Source: Desulfurella sp.
Lineage (GTDB): Bacteria > Campylobacterota_A > Desulfurellia > Desulfurellales > Desulfurellaceae
Length of the DNA stretch: 24,725 bases
Assembly (NCBI GenBank): GCA_031960885.1
Contig: JAVRLY010000013.1
Location: 1 to 24,725 of the forward strand
Direction: 5' to 3'
Shown: positions 16,974-24,725 of the stretch, in pieces
How positions within the stretch are numbered: the first letter of the stretch is position 1
How the letters are laid out: each line of letters starts with the position of its first letter
Program-made: the position numbers and the translations under genes
The notes under the pieces: model-generated
Databases searched by the model: none
The model's input: only the letters and a program-made list of their open reading frames with translations
What the model was told of the DNA's origin: nothing

Positions 16974-17003
16974 TTGACATATTTAACATAATCTGATTAT
17001 ATT
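16974..17003 (+). promoter_or_regulatory. Putative sigma70 promoter for mrr, with a palindrome in the spacer
   Basis: TTGACA (16974-16979), 18 nt, TATATT (16998-17003); ATAATC-T-GATTAT dyad at 16988-17000; SD GGGGGGTG at 17033-17040. Confidence 0.55.
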
Positions 17004-17044
17004 ATACTGATACAAATTGAGTTTGAAACATCGGGGGGTGAATT

Positions 17045-17974
17045 ATGTCTATTCCTACTTATGAAGAAATTATGCTTCCGCTTTTAAGATTGCTTTCTGA
17101 TGGCAAGGAATGGAATCTTAAAGATTGTGAAAAAAAGCTTGCGGAAGAGTTCAAATTGAGTGAAGAAGATTTAAATTTACAGCTTAAAAGTGGACATAGA
17201 GTTTTTTACAACAGAATTGCTTGGGCAAAAACCTATTTAACTAAAGCAGGCCTTATAGAATTACCAAAAAAAGGTATATTTAGAATAACCGAAAGAGGAA
17301 AAGAAGTTTTAAAAGAAAATCCTGAAAAATTAGATTCAAAATATCTGATGAAATATGAAGAATTCAAGGATTTTATTGAAAAAAGCACACAAAAAACTAA
17401 AATAGGCGAAATTTCATCTACAAGTATAGCTATTGAAGAGTCTAATCAAAAAACGCCTTTTGAAAAAATTGAGGAAGCTTTTAGAGAGATAAAATCATCA
17501 TTAGCAGACGAACTATTACAAAAATTAAAAGAAATAGATTTTTATCAATTCGAAGATGTGGTTTTAGATTTGCTTGTTAAAATGGGATATGGTGGATCAA
17601 GAGAAGAAGCTAAACAAAGAACTAAAAAAACGAATGACGAAGGTATAGATGGAATAATTAACGAAGATCGACTTGGACTTGAAAGAATATATATACAAGC
17701 TAAAAGATGGAAAAATGGGGTTGTTGGAAGACCCGAGATACAACAATTCTCTGGTGCTTTGGATTCAAAAGGAGCTAACAAGGGAATTTTTATTACAACT
17801 TCTAAATTTTCAAAAGAAGCTATTGACTGGACAAATAGGTTAACAAATAAAAAAATAATATTGATTGATGGCAATCAATTAGCAGAATATATGATTGAGT
17901 TTAATGTCGGAGTAACTACTCAAGCAGTTTATGAAATTAAGCGAATTGATAATGATTATTTTGAGGAGGAATAA
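17045..17974 (+). CDS. mrr: Mrr-family type IV (modification-dependent) restriction endonuclease
   Basis: Mrr_N: IPTYEEIMLPLL, NRIAWAKTYL.KAGL, FRITERG. Mrr_cat: FEDVVLDLL..MGYG, DEGIDG, IQAKRW, VGRPEIQQF.GAL, GIFITTS.F, LIDG..L. Confidence 0.95.
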   Translation: MSIPTYEEIMLPLLRLLSDGKEWNLKDCEKKLAEEFKLSEEDLNLQLKSGHRVFYNRIAWAKTYLTKAGLIELPKKGIFRITERGKEVLKENPEKLDSKYLMKYEEFKDFIEKSTQKTKIGEISSTSIAIEESNQKTPFEKIEEAFREIKSSLADELLQKLKEIDFYQFEDVVLDLLVKMGYGGSREEAKQRTKKTNDEGIDGIINEDRLGLERIYIQAKRWKNGVVGRPEIQQFSGALDSKGANKGIFITTSKFSKEAIDWTNRLTNKKIILIDGNQLAEYMIEFNVGVTTQAVYEIKRIDNDYFEEE

Positions 17975-18175
17975 TAAACAGAAATAACCCATTACTCAAA
18001 AAAATAACACATTACTTTCTAACAATAGAAATTATAATTTAAAGTAAGGCAGTGTACCACTAAGAATTTACAACACAATGCCTCCTCCCATTGCCTGCGA
18101 ATACTATTTTACATACTTTCAATCACGAAGCTCCATTGAAGTATTTGCTACAACGTTTTCAATTACATTAAACTA

Positions 18176-19045
18176 TCAAAATTCAACACTATCAGAATTA
18201 CCTACATACAATTTGCTTTGGCTGCCAAATTTTGCACTACCTTCTACTACGTTGAGACCTTTAGCAATCATGTGTTCAACAGCCACAACACCAGTGCAAT
18301 GATTTGCAGCAATTTTCTTTAAGTTCCAACTCTTTAATTTATCAATTTCATTTGCATTTTGTTCGTTCCAATCCTCTAAAAGAGAAATGTGAAGCCCTCC
18401 ATAAAGGCCAAATAAGTTATCACCGTAATTGCTTTTAACATATTCCATCATATTGTTTACGCCTGGGTGACAACAACCCGTCACTGTAACAAACCCTTTG
18501 TCTTTGACATTAAACACTAAAATTTGTTCATTTTTGATTCCCAGTATGATATCTAATTTGTATGTAAATGAACTAAGAACATCGTTTTGATATTTATCAT
18601 CAACTTCAATTAATTTACCTTTAAAGTTGCTTTTTTCAATAATGTCATACCCCTGTTGGCTAAAACCAGCAGGAATGTATAAATTAAAATCGTTTCTAAT
18701 TTTTGTAAGGCTATTTAAACCCCAAAAATGGTCCATATGCTCATGGCTTATAAATACATCATTCAATTGCTCTTTTTTTAATAAATCAATTACGCCTTCC
18801 CTATCAAACACCCAATACATATAAGATTCTCTCCAACCAACATCAAGCAATACATAGCCTTTTTGAGAGTTCTTTTTAAACTCAATTAAAGCGCTATATC
18901 CACCAGCATTTTTGTAATCCCAATCAATTTGATACTGGTTAGCATTCATTCCGCCAGCCCTTTTAATATCGCTCATAAGCAAAGCTGTATCAAACCAACT
19001 CGTTTCGGATACGCAAGTAATTTTTAGCTCATCTACACTAAACAT
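18176..19045 (-). CDS. MBL-fold metallo-hydrolase (COG1237-type)
   Basis: LLDVG, ISHEHMDHFWG (HxHxDH), TGCCHPG, GGLH, NHCTG; start reassigned to ATG 19045 (MFSVDEL) after a GGGGG SD. Confidence 0.85.
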   Translation of the reverse strand: MFSVDELKITCVSETSWFDTALLMSDIKRAGGMNANQYQIDWDYKNAGGYSALIEFKKNSQKGYVLLDVGWRESYMYWVFDREGVIDLLKKEQLNDVFISHEHMDHFWGLNSLTKIRNDFNLYIPAGFSQQGYDIIEKSNFKGKLIEVDDKYQNDVLSSFTYKLDIILGIKNEQILVFNVKDKGFVTVTGCCHPGVNNMMEYVKSNYGDNLFGLYGGLHISLLEDWNEQNANEIDKLKSWNLKKIAANHCTGVVAVEHMIAKGLNVVEGSAKFGSQSKLYVGNSDSVEF

Positions 19046-19064
19046 ACATCCCCCTTTTTTTGAA

Positions 19065-20921
19065 TTAGCTAATTTTGCTTCCCGGTTTAATATCGCCATC
19101 TACTGTTAGTAATTTAAGCGTTGTTCCATCTTTTGCAGCAAGAAGCATGCCATTTGATTCTACATTCATGAGTTTTGCTTTTTGCAAATTTGCCACAACT
19201 ATTATTGTTTTTCCAATCAATTTTTGTGGTTTGAAATATTCTTTTATGCCTGCTACAAGCGTTCGGGGCTTGTCTTCACCAATATCAATTTTAAGCTTAA
19301 GTAATTTATTCGATTTTTCTATTTCATATGCTTCAATTATTTTTGCAACCCTCAAATCTACTTTCTTAAATTCGTCAATGCTTATGCGCTCTTGTAGGGT
19401 ATTTTCCTCTTTTGGTTTATATTCATAGCGAGAAAACAACATTTCTTTCTTGCCAATTGTTACATTGTTAGATGACCATTCCATAAAAAAATCTATTTGT
19501 TTAGAATATATATCATCACTAAACCCAATTTGACTATATATTTTTTTAGCTGTATCTGGCATAAATGGCAAAATTGCTCCGCATATAAATTTTATTGAGC
19601 AATACACATTGAATAATATATTATCTAACTCACGCTTATCTTTTACTGCCCATGGTTGTTTATCAGTTATGTATTTATTTGTAAATCTTACAAAATTCAT
19701 AATTGACTCAAGCGCTTCATCAAACCTAAAAACATCAAAAGCGTTCTTAATGCTTACAAACGTCGACTGGGCCAGATTTTTTATTTCTTCATCAACTAAA
19801 CCTTCATTTACCACGCCATTATTGTATTTTTCTATCATTGTAAGCGACCTATTAACCAAATTGCCAAGGTCATTTACAAGGTCACTATTTATCTTTTCCA
19901 CAAATTCCTTTTCACTAAAATTACCATCAAGGCCAAATGGTACGGCTTTAAGCAAATAGTATCTATATGCATCTTTTGGGTATTTTTCTATCATTTCATT
20001 GGGATCTACAACATTACCCAATGATTTGCTCATTTTTTTCCCATCAACAGTCCACCACCCATGAGCCACAACATGTTTTGGTAATGGCAAATCCAAACTC
20101 ATTAGAAATGCTGGCCAATAAACAGCATGAAATTTTAATATATCTTTTCCAACCAAATGAACATCAGCTGGCCAAATTTCTTCATAAGTATCATTTGGGT
20201 AGCCAATAGCGCTTAGGTAATTAAATAATGCATCAAACCACACATAAATGGTGTGTTTTTCATCAAAAGGCACTTTTATGCCCCAATCTAAATTTATGCG
20301 CGTTACGCTTAAGTCTTTAAGTCCACTTTTAACAAAACTTACAATTTCATTATACCTCGATTTTGGCAAAACAAATTCGGGGTTATCTTCATAAAATTTA
20401 AGCAACCTATCTTGATACTTGGATAGCTTAAAAAAATAAGACTCTTCCTTTACAAGCTCTAATGGCCTTGAACAATCAGGACATGTATTATTAGGTCCTG
20501 GTTGCGCATGAAATGTTTCGCACGGTACGCAATACCAACCTTCATATTCGCCTTTGTAAATATCGCCTCTTTTGTAGACTTCTTCAAACACTTGCATTAC
20601 TGTTTTTTTATGGTAATCATCTGTTGTCCTAATAAATTTAGTATTTGTTATATCAAGTCTTTCCCATAGTTTTTTGAATCTTACAACAACTTCATCGGCC
20701 AGTTCTTTTGGTGATTTGTTTAATGACTTTGCTGTTGTTTCGATTTTTTTTCCATGTTCATCTGTACCCGTTAAAAAAAATACCTTTTCTCCCATCAATC
20801 TACGAAATCTAGAAATCGTATCTGCTGCAATTGTCGTATACGAGTGGCCAATATGGGGTACATCATTAACATAGTAAATAGGTGTTGTAACATAATAGCT
20901 ATTCTTCTTCGATAATTTCAT
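19065..20921 (-). CDS. metG: Methionine--tRNA ligase with C-terminal tRNA-binding domain
   Basis: YYVTTPIYYVN..PHIGH, TGTDEHG, CVPC/CPDC knuckle, YVWFDAL, KMSKS, C-terminal OB domain (KLLKL.ID.G, ESNGMLL); ATG 20921 lies 6 nt after AAGGAG. Confidence 0.97.
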   Translation of the reverse strand: MKLSKKNSYYVTTPIYYVNDVPHIGHSYTTIAADTISRFRRLMGEKVFFLTGTDEHGKKIETTAKSLNKSPKELADEVVVRFKKLWERLDITNTKFIRTTDDYHKKTVMQVFEEVYKRGDIYKGEYEGWYCVPCETFHAQPGPNNTCPDCSRPLELVKEESYFFKLSKYQDRLLKFYEDNPEFVLPKSRYNEIVSFVKSGLKDLSVTRINLDWGIKVPFDEKHTIYVWFDALFNYLSAIGYPNDTYEEIWPADVHLVGKDILKFHAVYWPAFLMSLDLPLPKHVVAHGWWTVDGKKMSKSLGNVVDPNEMIEKYPKDAYRYYLLKAVPFGLDGNFSEKEFVEKINSDLVNDLGNLVNRSLTMIEKYNNGVVNEGLVDEEIKNLAQSTFVSIKNAFDVFRFDEALESIMNFVRFTNKYITDKQPWAVKDKRELDNILFNVYCSIKFICGAILPFMPDTAKKIYSQIGFSDDIYSKQIDFFMEWSSNNVTIGKKEMLFSRYEYKPKEENTLQERISIDEFKKVDLRVAKIIEAYEIEKSNKLLKLKIDIGEDKPRTLVAGIKEYFKPQKLIGKTIIVVANLQKAKLMNVESNGMLLAAKDGTTLKLLTVDGDIKPGSKIS

Positions 20922-21729
20922 ACTCATCTCCTTTTTCTTCGGCAATTTTTATAACATTTCTAATGGAATTAGCACTAACTTCTACCATTTTACCTTCTTG
21001 AGCTTTTATTACAATAGTGTTTTTTATTGGATTTGCAAGAACTAACTCGCCTTCTTGCTCATCTGTTTTAACAATTGAGTTTTTTGGAGGCAGATTTTTT
21101 AGAAAAACGGAATAGATATGCTCTTCGTAATACAAACAACACAACAATCTTCCACATATACCAGAAATTTTTTTCACGCTAATGCTTAAATTTTGATCTT
21201 TAGCCATTTTTATTGACACGGGCTCGAAATTTTGTAAAAAGCGTTTGCAACACACAATTTGACCGCATAAACCTACACCGCCTATTAATTTAGCTTCGTC
21301 TCTTACACCAATTTGACGCATTTCGATACGCATTTTAAAGTAAGAAGCCAATTTTCTAACCAAATGCCTAAAATCTACCCTTGTTGGAGACGTAAAATAG
21401 AAGATAATTTTACTATTATCAATTGTGTACTCAACATCAACTAATTTAATGTCAAGGTTTAATTTTTTAGCTTCTTGAGCACAATATTTCTTCGCCTGTT
21501 GAGCCAAAACAAGGTTTTCATTATATCTGTCGTGATCTGATTGATTTGCTTTCCTAATAATATTTTTTAGTTTGTCATCTTTTTCTTGAGATATTTTTAC
21601 AACTCTACCCAAATTTAAGCCTCTTTCAGATTCGGCAACTACATAGTCACCTACTTTTAACTCAAATTTTGTATATTTAAAGGGCACTATAGCATTGGAA
21701 TGCTTGAACACAATATAGGCAATGCTCAT
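20899..21729 (-). CDS. ricT: PSP1-domain protein RicT/YaaT (stage 0 sporulation family)
   Basis: FYFTSPTRVDFRHLV, RIEMRQIGVRDEAK, GLCGQIVCC, MAKDQNL, KISGICGRLLCCL; ATG 21729 (TAATG coupling, AGGAG SD). Confidence 0.92.
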   Translation of the reverse strand: MSIAYIVFKHSNAIVPFKYTKFELKVGDYVVAESERGLNLGRVVKISQEKDDKLKNIIRKANQSDHDRYNENLVLAQQAKKYCAQEAKKLNLDIKLVDVEYTIDNSKIIFYFTSPTRVDFRHLVRKLASYFKMRIEMRQIGVRDEAKLIGGVGLCGQIVCCKRFLQNFEPVSIKMAKDQNLSISVKKISGICGRLLCCLYYEEHIYSVFLKNLPPKNSIVKTDEQEGELVLANPIKNTIVIKAQEGKMVEVSANSIRNVIKIAEEKGDEYEIIEEE

Positions 21730-22328
21730 TATTTTCTCCTCCAAAGTTCAATACATAAATTAGCAATAAATAAATCGATATTCAAATTATAAATCCTCAG
21801 GTTTTTGTATTCCTCAATCAAAGTATTGATTTTTTCAGGAAAATTAATTGGAAACCCACTGATGAAACTTTTAACGTATTTTAAAAAAATTGCTTTGTTT
21901 TGACTATTTGTTTTTTTTATATTGATTAGTTCTCTTAAAAATTCATTTTTGTTTCCATTTGCAAAAGCTTCGTGCAACTTATCAATGTTTTTTAGCTCAA
22001 TTTTAAAGCTTATTTTTTGAGCTCTTGAAAGAAGCGTGTCAATGATATATTCCGTTTCATAAAAAATAAAATAATTGTGCATGATGGGCTCTTCTGTAAG
22101 TTTTAGTAAAGCATTTTGAGATTCTAAATTTGCTTTACCTATTATAAATGCGTATCGTTTGTCACTAAACTCGTATGATTTTATTCTAATTTGATTCACA
22201 TCTTGTAATTTTAAATCTATAAAATCATAGCATACATCTGCACCTAAACTAAGTGAAAATTCTTTGGCATCATCAATACTGGCATTTATCAAGGCAAATG
22301 TTGTAAATTTACTTAAATCTTCTTTCAT
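21729..22328 (-). CDS. holB: Short, divergent DNA polymerase III delta-prime subunit
   Basis: SQNALLKLTEEP and IDTLLSRAQ motifs; position between tmk and ricT. Confidence 0.75.
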   Translation of the reverse strand: MKEDLSKFTTFALINASIDDAKEFSLSLGADVCYDFIDLKLQDVNQIRIKSYEFSDKRYAFIIGKANLESQNALLKLTEEPIMHNYFIFYETEYIIDTLLSRAQKISFKIELKNIDKLHEAFANGNKNEFLRELINIKKTNSQNKAIFLKYVKSFISGFPINFPEKINTLIEEYKNLRIYNLNIDLFIANLCIELWRRK

Positions 22329-22875
22329 AAATTTCTAGTAAGTTTAAAAAAACCTTTTGTGGTGTTTCTTCTGAATTTAAAGTATAAAAATTATATTCTT
22401 TAGCAAGATTTAAATAACCTTGCCTTACTCGTTTAAAAAAATCTAAATCTTTGTTTTCTATAGCATCGCCTTTTTTAATCCTATTTAATGCAAGTTCTGC
22501 ATTGCAATCTAAGTAAAAAACAGCGTCTGGGAAAAACCCGTCAATGACAAATTTATTCAGCATTGTTACGAAATCAACATCCATATTGGCTCCAAAGCCT
22601 TGATAAGCTATAGTAGAATAAAATGACCTATCGCTTACTATGAAATCAACATGTTGTTTTCTAAGATACTCTATATGAATCGATCTGTCAGCTAAAAATA
22701 AAAAAAGCAAAGACTTACTTGTTTGTTGCTTTCGGATTAATAAATCGATTTCTTGTGTGTATGGCTCTTTTGTGTGCAAAACACTAAAATTTTGTTTAAT
22801 TAGATAGTCTACAAACATCTTAGATATTGTTGTTTTACCACTACCGTCAATGCCTTCAAAAACAATATACTTCAT
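22309..22875 (-). CDS. tmk: Thymidylate kinase
   Basis: IVFEGIDGSGKTT, TKEP, LFLADR, SDRSFYSTIAYQG, VRQGY. Confidence 0.96.
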   Translation of the reverse strand: MKYIVFEGIDGSGKTTISKMFVDYLIKQNFSVLHTKEPYTQEIDLLIRKQQTSKSLLFLFLADRSIHIEYLRKQHVDFIVSDRSFYSTIAYQGFGANMDVDFVTMLNKFVIDGFFPDAVFYLDCNAELALNRIKKGDAIENKDLDFFKRVRQGYLNLAKEYNFYTLNSEETPQKVFLNLLEIYERRFK

Positions 22876-22878
22876 AAA

Positions 22879-23844
22879 TTAAAATAAAGTAAGCTCTTCA
22901 TTATTACTATTTTTTGGAACAAAAAAGCTTCTACCTAATATTTTTATAGATTCGCTCCAGTTTGTTTCGCTAGCTTGAATATTTTGTAAAGGCTCCATCT
23001 TTGAATCCATTGTGTCAATCAGATGCAATAAAAGCGCTTCTTTGGTTTTTGGGATTTTCGGAGAGCCATATTCATATTCCCCATGATGGCTTAAAATACA
23101 ATGTAAAATTTGAACCTCTTGCTCAAGTGGCAATTTTATGTTTTTAATCTTTTCTTTTGTAATGTTATATCCAATTACAATATGTCCAATTAATCTACCT
23201 TCGTTTGTGTAATTAAATGTTGTTGCATCGATTTCATATACCTTTCCTATATCATGCAAGAGTGCTCCTGCAACCAAAATATCCACATCAATAGGCATGT
23301 AAAATTTTGAGATTTCTTTGGATATTTTAGCTACGGAAACAGTGTGTTCTATTAAGCCCCCAACGTAGGCATGGTGCATACTTTTTGCTGCTGGAGCTTT
23401 TTTAAATTTTGTTAAAAACTCATCATCGTTAAAAATGCTTAAGAGAAGTTTTTTGATTCCCTGATTTTGCAAACCATTTATTATAGCAAAGAGTTCTTTG
23501 ACTAAAACATCAATGTCTTTTTTTGTTTTTGGCAAAAATTCTTCTTTTAAATTTTCATCTGCATCTACTTTTTCAATATTTTCTATTATAAGTTGCCAAT
23601 TATCTTTATAGTAGTTAGTTTTTGCCTTAAGCTTAACAAAATCACCTTCTTTAAAATTTTCGTGGAGATGATAAAGATTTTTCCAAATTTTTGCTTCTAT
23701 AATGCCACTTTTATCTTTTAGTTTTAAGCCAATATACTTATCACCATTTTTTGCATCGAGAAAATGTTTTTCTAAAACAATAAATAATTCGCCATCAATT
23801 TCTTGATGTTTTTTTTCTTTAATTTCTTTTATGATTTCAAACAA
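22879..23844 (-). CDS. yhaM: OB-fold plus HD-domain 3'-5' exoribonuclease, YhaM family
   Basis: LKDKSGIIEAKIW (OB fold), APAAKSMHHAYVGGLIEHT, LLHDIGK, GRLIGH, HCILSHHG..EYGSP, IDTMD; TTG start 5 nt after AGGAGG. Confidence 0.9.
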   Translation of the reverse strand: MFEIIKEIKEKKHQEIDGELFIVLEKHFLDAKNGDKYIGLKLKDKSGIIEAKIWKNLYHLHENFKEGDFVKLKAKTNYYKDNWQLIIENIEKVDADENLKEEFLPKTKKDIDVLVKELFAIINGLQNQGIKKLLLSIFNDDEFLTKFKKAPAAKSMHHAYVGGLIEHTVSVAKISKEISKFYMPIDVDILVAGALLHDIGKVYEIDATTFNYTNEGRLIGHIVIGYNITKEKIKNIKLPLEQEVQILHCILSHHGEYEYGSPKIPKTKEALLLHLIDTMDSKMEPLQNIQASETNWSESIKILGRSFFVPKNSNNEELTLF

Positions 23845-23853
23845 ACATACCTC

Positions 23854-24612
23854 CTATTTGTTATAATCCCTATCATTAATTAAAACGCTTGCTTGCTGTG
23901 TTGGCATAATTATTACATCTTCTATATTTACATGGTGAGGTCTAGTTGCAATAAAATATATTACATCTGCAATATCCTTGGCGTACAAAGGTTTTATATT
24001 TTCATATACTTTTTTTGCCCTTTGCGCATCTCTAAATCTTACTTCACTAAACTCAGTTTCTACCATACCTGGATCAATGCTACTTACACGAATATTTGTC
24101 CTTACTAAATCCATTCTTAAACTTTTATTAAGCGATTTAATGGCTGCTTTTGTCGCACAATATACATTACCGCCAGGGTATGATTCGTGACCTGCGATTG
24201 AACCTAAATTTATAATATGTCCATGTCCTTGATTCTTCATTATAGGTATAATTTCTTTTGTAATATATAATACTCCTTTAATATTAGTGTCAATCATTTC
24301 GTTCCAATCTTCGATGTTACCCATATCCAGTGGCTCTAGTCCTCTGCTTAAACCTGCATTGTTTATCAGTATATCAATAGGGAAAAACTCTTTGGGTATA
24401 GAATCCACAAAGTCAAATATTTCATCTTTGTTTCTCATATCAACTTTTTTATAATATACCTTTGTGTTGTATTGGGATAAACGATTGGATAATGCTTCTA
24501 ATCTATCAACTCTTCTGGCATTTAATACAAGATTAAACCCATTTTTTGCAAAAATCTCTGCGCAAGCTTCACCAATGCCGCTTGATGCTCCAGTAATAAT
24601 AACACTACCCAT
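23854..24612 (-). CDS. SDR family NAD(P)-dependent oxidoreductase (YdfG-like)
   Basis: ITGASSGIG, ARR..RL, LINNAG, NLGSIAG, YCATK, IDPGMVETEFS. Confidence 0.93.
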   Translation of the reverse strand: MGSVIITGASSGIGEACAEIFAKNGFNLVLNARRVDRLEALSNRLSQYNTKVYYKKVDMRNKDEIFDFVDSIPKEFFPIDILINNAGLSRGLEPLDMGNIEDWNEMIDTNIKGVLYITKEIIPIMKNQGHGHIINLGSIAGHESYPGGNVYCATKAAIKSLNKSLRMDLVRTNIRVSSIDPGMVETEFSEVRFRDAQRAKKVYENIKPLYAKDIADVIYFIATRPHHVNIEDVIIMPTQQASVLINDRDYNK

Positions 24613-24633
24613 AAAGCACCTCCTATTCTTAAA

Positions 24634-24662
24634 ATTATACTACACTAAAAACATATATTCAA
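24634..24662 (-). promoter_or_regulatory. Putative sigma70 promoter for the SDR-yhaM-tmk-holB-ricT-metG-MBL operon
   Basis: - strand TTGAAT (24662-24657), 17 nt, TATAAT (24639-24634), followed by an AGGAGG SD. Confidence 0.7.
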
Positions 24663-24668
24663 GCAAAC

Positions 24669-24725
24669 TTGACTTTTTAGTTAAAATATTTATACTATTT
24701 ATTACAGAAACATTAAAAAAAGGAG
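24669..24725 (+). promoter_or_regulatory. Putative divergent promoter and SD for a gene beyond the right edge
   Basis: TTGACT (24669-24674), 16 nt, TATACT (24691-24696); AGGAG at 24721-24725. Confidence 0.5.

Noticed and set aside
13298..18016. CRISPR array or mobile-element ends suggested by the short repeats
   Set aside because: Only two-copy repeats without unique spacers; no cas, transposase or integrase genes in the window.
18029..18040. AAATTATAATTT palindrome as a terminator
   Set aside because: AT-only with no stable GC stem; expected by chance in this composition.
18078..18302. 74-aa + strand ORF after mrr as a second defence gene
   Set aside because: No SD, no motif, and more than half overlaps the MBL hydrolase antisense.
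6753..24190. Other short antisense ORFs (6753, 11268, 11865, 12472, 12876, 15176, 17545, 18627, 19075, 19609, 19967, 20674, 23893, 23978)
   Set aside because: All lie opposite confidently assigned genes and show no recognisable domains.

Overview
AT-rich, densely coded bacterial chromosome segment made up mostly of housekeeping genes. The Helicobacter/Campylobacter-like PorD, the long TrmB, the short HolB and tRNA-Arg(GCG), alongside a tmk-holB-ricT-metG block, suggest a deep-branching Campylobacterota such as Desulfurellales (inference). From left to right: metH (- strand, runs off the left edge); a divergent tRNA-Arg(GCG)-ffs(SRP RNA)-dnaX-ybaB-recR-porD unit; a - strand operon DUF89 phosphatase, rnhB::queH fusion, APH-like/AAA_33 kinase, pdxJ, acpS, folC; a divergent + strand operon thioredoxin-like, two DUF364-like genes, argF, argG, trmB; a stand-alone mrr restriction gene; and a - strand operon SDR, yhaM, tmk, holB, ricT, metG, MBL-fold hydrolase. 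No CRISPR array, rRNA, transposase or integrase was seen. The most notable items are an in-frame RNase HII-epoxyqueuosine reductase (QueH) fusion, an A9 run in dnaX with nearby stops in both alternative frames (candidate tau/gamma recoding site), a GCG-anticodon tRNA-Arg directly upstream of the SRP RNA, whose terminal stem reaches into the dnaX SD, and a compact symmetric bidirectional promoter that appears to drive two leaderless operons.
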